A stretch of DNA of 64,000 nucleotides from an uncultured Alphaproteobacteria bacterium. Its GTDB lineage: Bacteria; Pseudomonadota; Alphaproteobacteria; RF32; CAG-239. Both the position numbers and the translations under genes were made by a program. Numbering within the stretch: position 1 is the stretch's first letter; every line of letters starts with the position of its first letter. Of the stretch, positions 47,250 to 57,054 are shown in pieces. The DNA is taken from contig CALXVV010000039.1 in the NCBI GenBank assembly GCA_944392205.1, forward strand, positions 2,368-66,367. The letters run 5' to 3'. Under the pieces are notes generated by a model. It was given only the letters and a program-made list of their open reading frames with translations, was not told where the DNA came from and searched no databases.

Positions 47250-50200
47250 TTACTCCATTTTATCCAAAGTCTTGGCCAGAATATAGTAGAGCTTACCAAT
47301 GTCGGCTCCGGAAACAACGGAGAGCAAAAGCCCTGAATGTTCGTGGCTTTTGGCAGCACTGATGAGCTGTTCAAACTCTGAAAGATATGCATTAACCTGG
47401 CTGCGGAAGTCCTCGTTTTTCTCGTATTCTTTTCTGATGGCCGCAACCTGGGACCTGCTCATATTCTTTGCCAGATAGCGCACGAATACTGCCGTATCTC
47501 CGCCATAGAATTTCTTCCACAAATCTTCTTCATCTTTTGGATTAAATACTCGATTGATGTCTACGGAAATGCTTTCCAATTTTTCAATAATCATTCCGGC
47601 TTGTTTTAAGAAGCCTTCTATCTGGATTCCCTGGTAAGCCGTTGTCAAATTCTTCAGAGTATTATCCGCCTTGCGTGTATGCTCGTTCAACTCCTTAATC
47701 TGGCTGCTTATAGTCTCATTGAAGCGCAGAGCCTCTTTGATGATATTATCACTGTTTAGGCTGAAATCTTTGCTGGTCTCAAGCAGGCTGCCCATGGCCG
47801 AATTTACCTTGGCTACCGTATCATCGGTGGCGGCTACTAAGGCATTGGATTGTTTCAAAAATACCTCGCCGGAGCCTAAAATATCATTAGATATTCTTTC
47901 CGCATTGGCGGCAATCTCGCTGATGGAGGCTCTCAGCTTATCTCCGGAATTGACCAGATGAGCAGCACTTACCTTGGCGGCATCTTCCATTTGCAAGCCC
48001 AGATTCTTCAAATCTTTGCCCAAGCCTTTTACTTTGTCATAAGCCTGGTTGGCTCTTTCTGCCAGTTGGTTTGAAGTGTCATTCAGCACTGTGTTAAAGC
48101 AATCTACCAATTTTTTGGTATCATCAGAGATCATTATCATCTTATCACTCTGAGCCGCTATAAGTTTATTTATTTCCATAACGCTGGTGCTTGTTTCCGC
48201 TGTTACCGTATTGAAACCTGCCGTATATTTTTCGTATTCCTTAAATATATTGCCAATCTTTTCAACCGATTGTTTAACCGCTCCGTCTAAGTCCTCCTCT
48301 GTTTGTGACAACAATAAGTTAACTTGATCTAGGCTCTTCATGGAGTTTTTGGATGTCTTGCTAACATCTTCTCCGGCCTTTATCAATCTGTCTCCCAAAA
48401 CATCAAACTCGTAGGCCAGCTTGGTGGATGTATCAAAAATGCCATTGGTGTTGTTCTGGAAGCTCTCGTTTATCTCTTTCATCTTTTGAGCCACATTGAC
48501 CGCGGCATCTGACAAATATTTGTATTGCTGTGCTAAAGAGGCCTCGCCCAGACGGCTTTGGGTTGCCAGAGTATTGGAAACCTCTGTCATTGCCTCTGCC
48601 TGTGATGACAACATCTTATTGATATCTTCACTTTGGTTTTGGGCCTTTACAACCGCCAAATCTATGTTCTTGGCATGTTCGTCCAGCAATTTACTGATAT
48701 TAGCACCGGTCTTGGATAGCTCTGTTTCCGCTGTTTGAAGCTTGTTGCAGCTTTCCATAATGCCCTTGGCGCTGTCTTTTCCTTGTTCATCCATCTTTTT
48801 GGCGGCACCATTGAAGATATTTACCTGTTCCAAAATCTTGCCGGATATACTGCCGAGATTGTCAGAGATATCTTCAACCATCTTCTTAACTGCCGTATTC
48901 TTAGCCTCTACCATGGCCTCAATTTCTGATAAGCGGTCTATCGAACGGTGCGAATCATTTACCACTGCCTCCGTATGACGAGAAGTATCTTCTTCAAGCA
49001 TGGTCATACGTGTAAATACTTTGTCAGCGCTCTGCTCTATGATACCTACCTGTTTCTTTAACGCCTCACTCATATTTTCCGCATTGTCTGCAATCTTGTC
49101 ACAGAAATTGTAAAACTCGGTTTCTTGCTGTTTGAACAACGTATTTAATGCTGCTGCTTTTTCATCCAAGCCTGCCGCCACATTAGCCGTGTATTCCGTT
49201 GTTGAGCGTGAAATCTCGTGCAAAGCCTTGCTCTGTTCATCAAAATCATTAGCCGCTTTTTTGAAGGATTCCAGAGCAGATGCCGTTGCTTCGTTTACTT
49301 CTTTGTTTTGACGGCTCAAGATATTCTCTATTCCGGAAACCCTGTCAGAAACTGTCTGGCTTAGTATTTCTATATTCTGATTTTGTGTCGTCAAGACATT
49401 TTCAAACTGCGTTACCTTGGCCAAAGTTCTGTTTGCTGAGGTATCAAATTGGTTGGCCTGCTCTGTCAGATTGTCATTAATGGCTTTGCTCTTGTTTATT
49501 ACTTCATTACAAGAAGTAAGCATGGATGTTAAACTATCTTTCAGATTATCAACCGCTGTTGCTGCATTGCTTTCCAACGCTGTTGATGCATTAGACAGTT
49601 CTTCAAGCTGGCGTTTTAGTTCCGCTCTGATTTCTTCTACTCGGGCAGCGCTATTGGTTATGTTCTTATGCTGCTGCGCCAAAGAAGCCTCGCTTACTTG
49701 GCTTTGCGCAACAACAACAGACGTTGCTTCATTCAGAGAAGTACTGCAACGATTCATATTCTCAGATACCTCAGACATGGCAGCAATAGATGTTTCTGAA
49801 TTTTTCTTGACATTTGCTGCCGCTCCGTTGACCTCGTTGTTTAGAGCTTGAATTTGTACCGAAACATCCGAAATTGTTTCTTTGATGTATTGGCGACGGG
49901 TCTGTAGGTCCTCTCCGATTGTGCTTGCTTGTTCCATGGCTTCTGTTGCCAGCTTTTGCAGAGCCTCTGTCTTTTCTTCCAACCCCTTGATGTAGCCGTT
50001 TAAATCTTCTTTGGCAACCAACGTCTTGTTTTGCAATGAATCTATATTGTTCTCCAGTTCATCGTCTACCTTTTGCATTGCGCTGATGGCTTGTTCGGAA
50101 ACATTGCTCAAATTATTGACCTGAATAGCAATACTGTCCTCAAGATTACTTCCTCTAACCATCAACTTATCAAGTTCTTGAGCCAAAATGTCTCCGTGGT

Positions 50201-51431
50201 TGGATAGCTTCTTGTTTATGTTATCAGCATGTTCATCCAAGCTTGAAATCAGCTCTACAACATCGTGATTGTGTTTTGACATATTGTCATCAACTCGTTT
50301 GATTTGCAAAGCCACGGAATCATCCAACCCATCTATTCCTTTCAGAATATGCTCGTTTATGGTTTCTATATTGGCTAATGTTCGTTTGGAGAGCTCATCA
50401 ACTTTGCCGCGCATGATGTTGCCACTTTCAGATATTGCTTTTTCTAGCTTTGATGTATGCTCCTCAAGGGTGCCGGCCATGCTCTCAACTTCTGAGGATA
50501 CTGTCTTCTTCAACAAACCACAATTGGTTACGGCTGCCGCCGATATTTGTTGCAATGTTTGCGACTGAGCATTTAGTGCTTCGCTGACCATGTTCAGATT
50601 TGCGGTTGTCTCATCATTGAACTGCTTTAGCATTTCATTGGCGTGGATGATATCATGATTGCTGGCATCTGAAATCTCATGTAAAAATTCGGCCGAAGTC
50701 TTTATCTCCTTGAGCTTGGGCAAAATCTTTTCAAACAAGCCATCCAGGCTTTGTTCTATCTCCAATGCCCCGCTGGCAAACGCTTTGTTTAATCCTGAAA
50801 ACGTCTCAGCCGAGTTTTGAGCTTTGTCCGTAATATTCTCAAAATTCTGGGTTAAAAATTTGACACCGTCGCTTAATTCAACAATCGTTTTGGAGGAATA
50901 ATTATCCAAAATGGCTACCAACTTGGTAAACTCGTTGATGTTTTCTTTTATCTCATCTTTAATCTTTGCCGTCTGAATGGTGGCCATTTTGCTCACTTCT
51001 TGCAGCTCAACAACTTGGGAACGTATGGCATCAGCCATGGCTTTGGCTGTTTGGGGAGCGCCTTCTTCAGGGTATACCAACTGGTTCATGTAGGCTCTTA
51101 AAAACTTCGCCTCTTGCTTAAAAGATGTGCCTCTGTCTATGTAGGCCATAACAACCCAGATAATCGCCAGTGGCAATGTAATACCCGCCAAAAAGCCGCC
51201 AAACTCGTCTGGCATCATCAAAAAGAGATTATCCCACCCAAAAAACTGGGTGATGTATATCAAGACAATGGCAAACCATATTGCACTCACGCCTATCATC
51301 AGTTTGTGCAAGTTGTTATTTAGCCACGAGGGTTTCTCCTCTATCTCTACCGAGTGAGGTGCCTCATTCATAAATTGCGGAAGAGTTTCAGCCGAGACAG
51401 CGTTGCGGCTTTCTTTGTTCTTTTCAGACAT
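47250..51431 (-). CDS. Giant membrane-anchored coiled-coil protein (~1393 aa)
   Basis: Start set at MSEKNKESRN (ATG 51431, GGGGAA 6 nt upstream). Two TM helices near N-terminus, ~1100 aa of heptad-like N/S/E/K/A/Q-rich sequence, globular C-terminus (WKKFYGGDTAVFVRYLAKNM...). Confidence 0.75.
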   Translation of the reverse strand: MSEKNKESRNAVSAETLPQFMNEAPHSVEIEEKPSWLNNNLHKLMIGVSAIWFAIVLIYITQFFGWDNLFLMMPDEFGGFLAGITLPLAIIWVVMAYIDRGTSFKQEAKFLRAYMNQLVYPEEGAPQTAKAMADAIRSQVVELQEVSKMATIQTAKIKDEIKENINEFTKLVAILDNYSSKTIVELSDGVKFLTQNFENITDKAQNSAETFSGLNKAFASGALEIEQSLDGLFEKILPKLKEIKTSAEFLHEISDASNHDIIHANEMLKQFNDETTANLNMVSEALNAQSQTLQQISAAAVTNCGLLKKTVSSEVESMAGTLEEHTSKLEKAISESGNIMRGKVDELSKRTLANIETINEHILKGIDGLDDSVALQIKRVDDNMSKHNHDVVELISSLDEHADNINKKLSNHGDILAQELDKLMVRGSNLEDSIAIQVNNLSNVSEQAISAMQKVDDELENNIDSLQNKTLVAKEDLNGYIKGLEEKTEALQKLATEAMEQASTIGEDLQTRRQYIKETISDVSVQIQALNNEVNGAAANVKKNSETSIAAMSEVSENMNRCSTSLNEATSVVVAQSQVSEASLAQQHKNITNSAARVEEIRAELKRQLEELSNASTALESNAATAVDNLKDSLTSMLTSCNEVINKSKAINDNLTEQANQFDTSANRTLAKVTQFENVLTTQNQNIEILSQTVSDRVSGIENILSRQNKEVNEATASALESFKKAANDFDEQSKALHEISRSTTEYTANVAAGLDEKAAALNTLFKQQETEFYNFCDKIADNAENMSEALKKQVGIIEQSADKVFTRMTMLEEDTSRHTEAVVNDSHRSIDRLSEIEAMVEAKNTAVKKMVEDISDNLGSISGKILEQVNIFNGAAKKMDEQGKDSAKGIMESCNKLQTAETELSKTGANISKLLDEHAKNIDLAVVKAQNQSEDINKMLSSQAEAMTEVSNTLATQSRLGEASLAQQYKYLSDAAVNVAQKMKEINESFQNNTNGIFDTSTKLAYEFDVLGDRLIKAGEDVSKTSKNSMKSLDQVNLLLSQTEEDLDGAVKQSVEKIGNIFKEYEKYTAGFNTVTAETSTSVMEINKLIAAQSDKMIMISDDTKKLVDCFNTVLNDTSNQLAERANQAYDKVKGLGKDLKNLGLQMEDAAKVSAAHLVNSGDKLRASISEIAANAERISNDILGSGEVFLKQSNALVAATDDTVAKVNSAMGSLLETSKDFSLNSDNIIKEALRFNETISSQIKELNEHTRKADNTLKNLTTAYQGIQIEGFLKQAGMIIEKLESISVDINRVFNPKDEEDLWKKFYGGDTAVFVRYLAKNMSRSQVAAIRKEYEKNEDFRSQVNAYLSEFEQLISAAKSHEHSGLLLSVVSGADIGKLYYILAKTLDKME

Positions 51432-51546
51432 TTTGTTCCCCATTGTCAATAATATTCCCCTGCCTTTTCCTAGGCTTTCCGTATCTTAAAACATTATTTT
51501 TAAATTGGGAATATCTTAACTTAACTTCTTTGCACTTATCCACACC

Positions 51547-51637
51547 CCAGGCGACGGCCTGGTGCGATTAGCAAGCTGTGAACCGCAAGACTAAAAAGCC
51601 GCTCCTCACAAAGCGGCTTTTTACGGCTTGCTAATCG
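51547..51637. other. Orphan nested-hairpin element (possible small RNA or regulatory structure)
   Basis: CCAGGC-GACG-GCCTGG (51547-51562). Perfect 12-bp stem CGATTAGCAAGC (51565-51576) / GCTTGCTAATCG (51626-51637) encloses a symmetric terminator-like hairpin AAAAAGCCGCT / AGCGGCTTTTT (51593-51622). Confidence 0.35.
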
Positions 51638-51686
51638 GCGGTGCCTCAATCAAATAAGCACTGCCCTTCCAAATAAATTAATTGAC

Positions 51687-51721
51687 TAAAAAACAAAGCC
51701 TCGTTTTCACGAGGCTTTTTC
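51687..51721. terminator. Bidirectional intrinsic terminator ending the recO-parC transcription unit
   Basis: AAAGCCTCG (51695-51703) / CGAGGCTTT (51710-51718), flanked by A- and T-runs. Confidence 0.7.
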
Positions 51722-51907
51722 TTATTCTTCGGCTTTTTTGCGCAAAACGTAATTTAGTTTTTGCAGGGCCTGAACTTGCATTTGCTCTTGGCTCAGTGTG
51801 GCCGGAACAACCACACTCGCTTCTATCTTGGTTTCCGGCTCTATCGCCGTTACCTTCACATATGCCCCTTGGCGAATATATTCAAACAATATTTCTGACA
51901 TTGCCAC
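51722..51907 (-). CDS. Small conserved alphaproteobacterial protein (61 aa), family name uncertain
   Basis: EILFEYIRQGAYVKVTAIEPETKIEASVVVPA resembles a small protein I recall from many alphaproteobacteria; abuts parC stop. Confidence 0.5.
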   Translation of the reverse strand: MAMSEILFEYIRQGAYVKVTAIEPETKIEASVVVPATLSQEQMQVQALQKLNYVLRKKAEE

Positions 51908-54145
51908 TTATTCCTTCAGAAACTTATTGCTCTTGGGAAAACCAAAGGGGGCCAGTTTGCCAACTTGAGCGCGGTGTCCAAGCCAGGTCAACAACTCGGT
52001 CTCGGTCTTGGTGCCGCCTGCCCTTGTATAGGTAAAGCCCTCTGATTCGTTGAAAATTTGAATATCAGCCAGGCCTCCGTCCTTATACTTTTGCAAGGTG
52101 ACACCTCGACCCCTGGCCATGGTCGGAACCTCTTCTACCTTGAAAATCAGAAGCTTGCGGTTATCACCAATCACGGCAACCATATCGCCGGTTATCTTCT
52201 TGCAAAAGGCCAATTTCTCTCCTTCCGCCACGTTCATAATCTTGCGACCGTTGCGGGTTTGCGCCACAATGTGGTTCTCATCTACCACAAAACCTCTGCC
52301 GATATTGGAGGCTATCAGATATTTTGCCTTGGCATCAAATACAAACATATCAACAATATTATCGCTGTTGCCTAAGTCTATCATCAGGCGCAAAGGTTGG
52401 CCAAAACCTCTGCCGCTTGGTATCTCGGAAGCGGAAATATTGAAAAACTTGCCCGAAGTATCCAGTAAGACAATCTTATCCGTCGTCTGTGCGTGGATTG
52501 CCATCAAAAGCGCATCATCATCCTTAAACTTAAACTCCTCATTTAAGTCATTATGACCTTTGGTGCAGCGTATCCACCCTTTTTGCGACAAGATAATCGT
52601 TATCGGCTCCTTTTCTACCATTGCCTCTATTGAAATCTCTATATCATCGGCAACTTCGGCAAACTCTGTGCGGCGGCGACCCAAAGCCGTCTTCTTGCCG
52701 AATTTTTCTCTGATATACTTAATTTCTTCCGCCACCTTTTGCCAACGCAAATTCTCATCTGCGAGCAGAGCCTCTAACTCTCCCTTCTCGGCGCTTAAAT
52801 CATCAAATTCTTTATGAATCTCGCTTTCTTCCAACTTACGGAGGCTGCGCAGTTTCATATTCAAAATCGCTTCTGCCTGATTATCCGTCAGTGCAAATTC
52901 CTTCATCATCACTGCTTTGGGCTCGTCTTCTTCCCTGATTATGCGGATAATCTCATCCAAATTCAGGTAAGCTATCAGATAGCCGGATAATATCTCCAAG
53001 CGCGCGTTTATCTTTTGCAGGCGATAATTAGAGCGGCGCTCTAAAACATGAAGCCGGTGATGCAGATATTCTCCCAAAACCTCTTTGATGCTCATTACTC
53101 TTGGCACACCGTCAGAATCCAAGACATTCATGTTCAACGCAAATTTGCTCTCAAGCTCCGTTTGTTTAAACAAAAGCTCCATCAGCATATTGGCATCAAC
53201 GTTCCTGTTCTTGGGCTCCAAAACAATTCTCACATCGTGAGTGGATTCATCTCTGACATCTGCCAAAAGCGGAATTTTCTTTTCCATCAGCAGTTGGGCA
53301 ATCTTTTCTATCAGCTTAGACTTGATGACCTGATAAGGAATCTCGGTGACAACAATTTGATATTGCCCCATACCTAAATCTTCTTTCTCCCACTTGGCAC
53401 GAATACGGAAATTGCCGCGCCCTTGCTTATAGGCTTCTAAAATAGTTGAAAACTTATCAACAATAACGCCGCCGGTCGGAAAATCTGGCCCTCTCAACTT
53501 GCGAACCAGAGGCTCAATCTCTACATCAGGCTTTTCTATCAGCAGCAACAAAGCATCACAGACCTCTGATAAGTTATGCGGCGGGATATTGGTGGCCATA
53601 CCAACCGCAATACCCGAAGAACCATTGCACAGCAAATTCGGCACTGCCGCAGGCATTACTACCGGCTCAGATTCCTCACCGTCATAGGTGTCTCTGAAAT
53701 CTACCGCATCATCATTTAAGCCTTCCATCAAGGCCATGGCAAACTCGGTTAACCTTGCCTCCGTATAACGCATGGCGGCCGGACCGTCACCATCAATGTT
53801 GCCAAAGTTGCCCTGCCCGTCAACCAAAGGATAGCGCACCGAAAAATCTTGTGCCAAGCGCGCCATTGCCTGGTAAACGGCGCTGTCACCATGGGGGTGA
53901 TATTTACCGATAACATCGCCAACCACGCGGGCGCATTTTTTGAAGCCCGATTTGGGGTCCAAATGCAATTGGCGCATGGCAAACAAAAGCCTTCTGTGTA
54001 CGGGTTTTAAGCCGTCTCTCACATCGGGCAAAGATCTTGATACAATGGTGGACATTGCATAAGAAAGGTAGCGGCTGCTCAGCTCTTCAGCCATGGCAAC
54101 GGGTTTTATTTTTTCTTGCGGTTCTGCCATATTTTTTATATCCAA
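51908..54145 (-). CDS. parC: DNA topoisomerase IV subunit A
   Basis: 745 aa; RSLPDVRDGLKPVHRRLLFAM, HPHGDSAVYQAMARLAQ, AMRYTEARL (catalytic Tyr); size and recO neighbourhood fit ParC rather than GyrA. Confidence 0.85.
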   Translation of the reverse strand: MDIKNMAEPQEKIKPVAMAEELSSRYLSYAMSTIVSRSLPDVRDGLKPVHRRLLFAMRQLHLDPKSGFKKCARVVGDVIGKYHPHGDSAVYQAMARLAQDFSVRYPLVDGQGNFGNIDGDGPAAMRYTEARLTEFAMALMEGLNDDAVDFRDTYDGEESEPVVMPAAVPNLLCNGSSGIAVGMATNIPPHNLSEVCDALLLLIEKPDVEIEPLVRKLRGPDFPTGGVIVDKFSTILEAYKQGRGNFRIRAKWEKEDLGMGQYQIVVTEIPYQVIKSKLIEKIAQLLMEKKIPLLADVRDESTHDVRIVLEPKNRNVDANMLMELLFKQTELESKFALNMNVLDSDGVPRVMSIKEVLGEYLHHRLHVLERRSNYRLQKINARLEILSGYLIAYLNLDEIIRIIREEDEPKAVMMKEFALTDNQAEAILNMKLRSLRKLEESEIHKEFDDLSAEKGELEALLADENLRWQKVAEEIKYIREKFGKKTALGRRRTEFAEVADDIEISIEAMVEKEPITIILSQKGWIRCTKGHNDLNEEFKFKDDDALLMAIHAQTTDKIVLLDTSGKFFNISASEIPSGRGFGQPLRLMIDLGNSDNIVDMFVFDAKAKYLIASNIGRGFVVDENHIVAQTRNGRKIMNVAEGEKLAFCKKITGDMVAVIGDNRKLLIFKVEEVPTMARGRGVTLQKYKDGGLADIQIFNESEGFTYTRAGGTKTETELLTWLGHRAQVGKLAPFGFPKSNKFLKE

Positions 54146-54156
54146 TAGTCTGATTA

Positions 54157-54867
54157 TTATATAATTTCTGCCAAGTTAACACGGCATTTCGGAAATTTCA
54201 AGCCGTGTGTGGCAAAAAAGTTTTTATAGAGGAAAAACTCCGTCATTTTCAACAAATCTCTCAGTTCTTCCTTTGAGGGAGAATATTCCTGATTTAAAAT
54301 AAAATGCGGAAATTTAAACAATCTGTCCTTATAAGGCTCTCCGGCTTCTGCACAAACAGCGCGACCTGTTTTGGGCGATACATAAGCCAAATTATCTGTC
54401 CGGCCGGTGGCTGAGCAAGCAGACAAGTCAAGCCCCACGCCCAAAAATTCAAGAAGATAAAATTCAAAGTAAGAATAATGCGCTAGCCAATTATCTTCAT
54501 CTATCAGATTAAAAAAACTATCAACGTAATAATAAAATCTTTCCAAATTTTCTTGCTCGGGCATGCAGGCATTGCAAAGACTGCAAAATGAGCTCAAAAC
54601 CCTCAGCTTATTATTATCACTCATAAAATTTACCGCCAAAGGCGACACCAGCTCCACCCTAAACAGTAGCATATTTTCATCAACTCTGGCATAGGCATCA
54701 ACTTTTACCAAATTGCCCAGTTGAAATGTGGATAAATTCTTCTTGCTCAGGCAATTTTTGACATAGCCTGTCACTTTGCCGTGTTCTTTGCTCAGAACCG
54801 TCAATATCAAAGATTTTTCGCCATGGCGGCGCAAATTTATTATGTAGCCTTGATCTGTGAACTTCAT
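54157..54867 (-). CDS. recO: DNA repair protein RecO
   Basis: 236 aa; OB-fold N-terminus (GYIINLRRHGEKSLILTVLSKEHGKVTGYV), Cys pairs in C-half. Confidence 0.8.
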   Translation of the reverse strand: MKFTDQGYIINLRRHGEKSLILTVLSKEHGKVTGYVKNCLSKKNLSTFQLGNLVKVDAYARVDENMLLFRVELVSPLAVNFMSDNNKLRVLSSFCSLCNACMPEQENLERFYYYVDSFFNLIDEDNWLAHYSYFEFYLLEFLGVGLDLSACSATGRTDNLAYVSPKTGRAVCAEAGEPYKDRLFKFPHFILNQEYSPSKEELRDLLKMTEFFLYKNFFATHGLKFPKCRVNLAEII

Positions 54868-54910
54868 ATTTTAAGAATTAGCTCCCTGCCGCCGTCCCGT
54901 CAACAAAAAT

Positions 54911-54939
54911 TTGACAAAATTAATTTGTTCGGTTAATAT
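54911..54939 (+). promoter_or_regulatory. Sigma70-type promoter
   Basis: TTGACA (54911-54916), 17 nt, TAATAT (54934-54939). The track ORF start at 54911 is this -35 box. Confidence 0.55.
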
Positions 54940-54973
54940 CTTCTTGATTAAAAAACAACTTAAAACTTATTAT

Positions 54974-55303
54974 ATGAAAAAGATTTTATCTATTTTGGCA
55001 GCTATTTTATTGGTTGTCATACTGGTATGGTCATATTATGTCTTTGCACATGATATGCGCCATGCAGGGAGGATTATGCTCGAGCTCATAGCTCTATCAG
55101 GCCTTGTCTTTCTGGGGGCATATGCCTTAAAAATCAAAGGACTGCGCAAATTGCGCCACAGCCTGCTTCCTTGGGTGGAAAAAAGGCTTAAGCTCAAAGA
55201 GCTGCGTGATCGCGTTGAGCTTGTTGACAACATTGCCATGGCGTTGTTGCTCAATGGCCTGGCCGTCGGTTTTGCCGGTTTCTCTGCCGGTATGCTGTTC
55301 TAG
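54974..55303 (+). CDS. Small membrane protein (109 aa)
   Basis: Start set at MKKILSILAAILLVVILVW; three predicted TM helices. Confidence 0.55.
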   Translation: MKKILSILAAILLVVILVWSYYVFAHDMRHAGRIMLELIALSGLVFLGAYALKIKGLRKLRHSLLPWVEKRLKLKELRDRVELVDNIAMALLLNGLAVGFAGFSAGMLF

Positions 55304-55314
55304 AACAAAAGAAT

Positions 55315-55347
55315 AGCCTGAGTTGGTTGCTCAGGCTTTTCTTTTTT
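55315..55347 (+). terminator. Intrinsic terminator
   Basis: AGCCTGAG (55315-55322) / CTCAGGCT (55330-55337) + TTTTCTTTTTT. Confidence 0.75.
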
Positions 55348-56191
55348 AATAATCATGTATCATGCTTTTGGTTATCTTATCATATGCCATCAGCTCGGTT
55401 AAAACTCTTTCCATATCTTTTAGAGGAATCGCATTGGGGCCGTCTGATAAGGCTTTATCAGGATTATCATGTGTTTCAATGAAAACTGCGGCTACGCCTA
55501 CGGCCACCGCGGCTCTGGCCAAAACCGGAGCAAATTCTCTTTGGCCGCCGGAAGAACCTCCAAGGCCGCCCGGTTGCTGAACCGAGTGAGTAGCATCCAT
55601 AATCACAGGGCAACCCGTATCTTTGGCCATTTGCGGAAATGAGCGCATATCCGTTACCAAAGTGTTATAGCCAAAAGAAACGCCGCGCTCGGTCAGGCAT
55701 ACTTTGTCATTGCCGCTGTCTTCACATTTTTGAACCAAAGTCTTCATATTCCACGGGGCCAAAAACTGCCCTTTCTTGATGTTTATCACCTTGCCGGTTT
55801 TGGCGGCGGCAACAACCAAGTCTGTCTGGCGACACAGAAATGCCGGAATTTGCAGTATATCCACATGTTTGGCAACCTCTGCACATTGGCATTGCTCATG
55901 CACATCGGTCACTATCGGAATATTGTTATAAAGCTTTTTGATCTCGTCAAAAGTACGCATCCCCTCTTCTAAGCCAACACCGCGCGGACCATTGAGCGAT
56001 GTGCGGTTGGCTTTGTCAAAAGAAGCTTTGAAAACGTAATTAATGCCCAATTTCTTGGTTATCTCCACCATTGCGCCGCAGATGTCTATCGCATGCTGGC
56101 GGCTTTCTATCTGGCAGGGACCGCAAAGCAAAGCCAGCGGCAACTTATTGCCAATCTCAAAATTTCCGATTTTGATAATTCTTTGTTCCAT
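55346..56191 (-). CDS. kdsA: 2-dehydro-3-deoxyphosphooctonate aldolase (KDO-8-P synthase)
   Basis: Start set at MEQRIIKIGNFEIGN (ATG 56191, SD AAAGGTGA); GPCQIES, FKASFDKANRTS, QIPAFLCRQTDL, ATHSVQQPGG. Confidence 0.9.
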   Translation of the reverse strand: MEQRIIKIGNFEIGNKLPLALLCGPCQIESRQHAIDICGAMVEITKKLGINYVFKASFDKANRTSLNGPRGVGLEEGMRTFDEIKKLYNNIPIVTDVHEQCQCAEVAKHVDILQIPAFLCRQTDLVVAAAKTGKVINIKKGQFLAPWNMKTLVQKCEDSGNDKVCLTERGVSFGYNTLVTDMRSFPQMAKDTGCPVIMDATHSVQQPGGLGGSSGGQREFAPVLARAAVAVGVAAVFIETHDNPDKALSDGPNAIPLKDMERVLTELMAYDKITKSMIHDY

Positions 56192-56257
56192 TAGTTTCAC
56201 CTTTCGTTTCTGATACTTTTGAGGCTATCATATTTTATGAAATTGGCAACAACATAA

Positions 56258-56284
56258 AATAAAATCCCCAAGTTGGGGATTTTT
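56258..56284 (-). terminator. Intrinsic terminator after pagP
   Basis: ATCCCCA (56264-56270) / TGGGGAT (56274-56280); minus-strand reading is followed by TTTTATTTT. Confidence 0.6.
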
Positions 56285-56285
56285 G

Positions 56286-56831
56286 CTAATTAATCGCTAT
56301 CTTGGTCCAGACAAACAACACGTTTCCATCGTTTTTGACGCCGGGAACATAAGCCGCCTGCAGGGCGAATCTCTTGTATTCCACACTAGCCAAAGGAAGC
56401 GGCGCCGGCACCGGGAGATAGTACCACTCACTGCGCTGGGTAATTCCCAAAGTATAACCTATGCCGACTCTAAAGTCCGGGTTGCAGTTCACAAACCAAT
56501 TCTTCATGAAGGCATAGCCAAAAAATGTTTCCAAATGTTTGTTGGAATCCTTAAAGCCCATGGCATAAAGCCCGTGCCAGTTGCCGTTTTCATCAAAACG
56601 CGACTTTCCTATGCCAAAACCCCACGGATTTTCGTTGTATTTATCTATATGCTCTTGGTCATAAGTCAGCCGGTTGTGCCAGGCATAGACCGGAATATAG
56701 GCATCATATTCTTCAGAATCCCAGGTTTTAGCAACATCTGATTTCAGCTGTTGCCAGTATTCCGCAAATCCGGCCCTTGCCGGTGCGGTGTACAAACAAA
56801 TGAGTATGCAAATCGTTAGTATTTTTTTCAT
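56286..56831 (-). CDS. pagP: Lipid A palmitoyltransferase PagP
   Basis: 181 aa. Aligns by eye along full length with E. coli PagP: YDAYIPVYAWHNRLTYDQEHIDKYNENPWGFGIGKSRFDENGNWHGLYAMGFKDS; PLPLASVEY; NDGNVLFVW. Confidence 0.85.
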   Translation of the reverse strand: MKKILTICILICLYTAPARAGFAEYWQQLKSDVAKTWDSEEYDAYIPVYAWHNRLTYDQEHIDKYNENPWGFGIGKSRFDENGNWHGLYAMGFKDSNKHLETFFGYAFMKNWFVNCNPDFRVGIGYTLGITQRSEWYYLPVPAPLPLASVEYKRFALQAAYVPGVKNDGNVLFVWTKIAIN

Positions 56832-57054
56832 GAGGTATGTTTATAAACACAATTAAATATAATATCAACTTTTTTATTCAACTTATCAAAAATTGTTTAA
56901 AACTATTTTACTCAATTTTAAGTATTATACCTTATAAAATTAAAATCTTCAGGTCTATTTCAGATTTGTATAATTTAGATGTTAAATGTGTGATATTTTG
57001 GTTGTCTTGGGAAAAAATATATCTTAGCCTAGGGAAAAATATAAGGATAACAGT

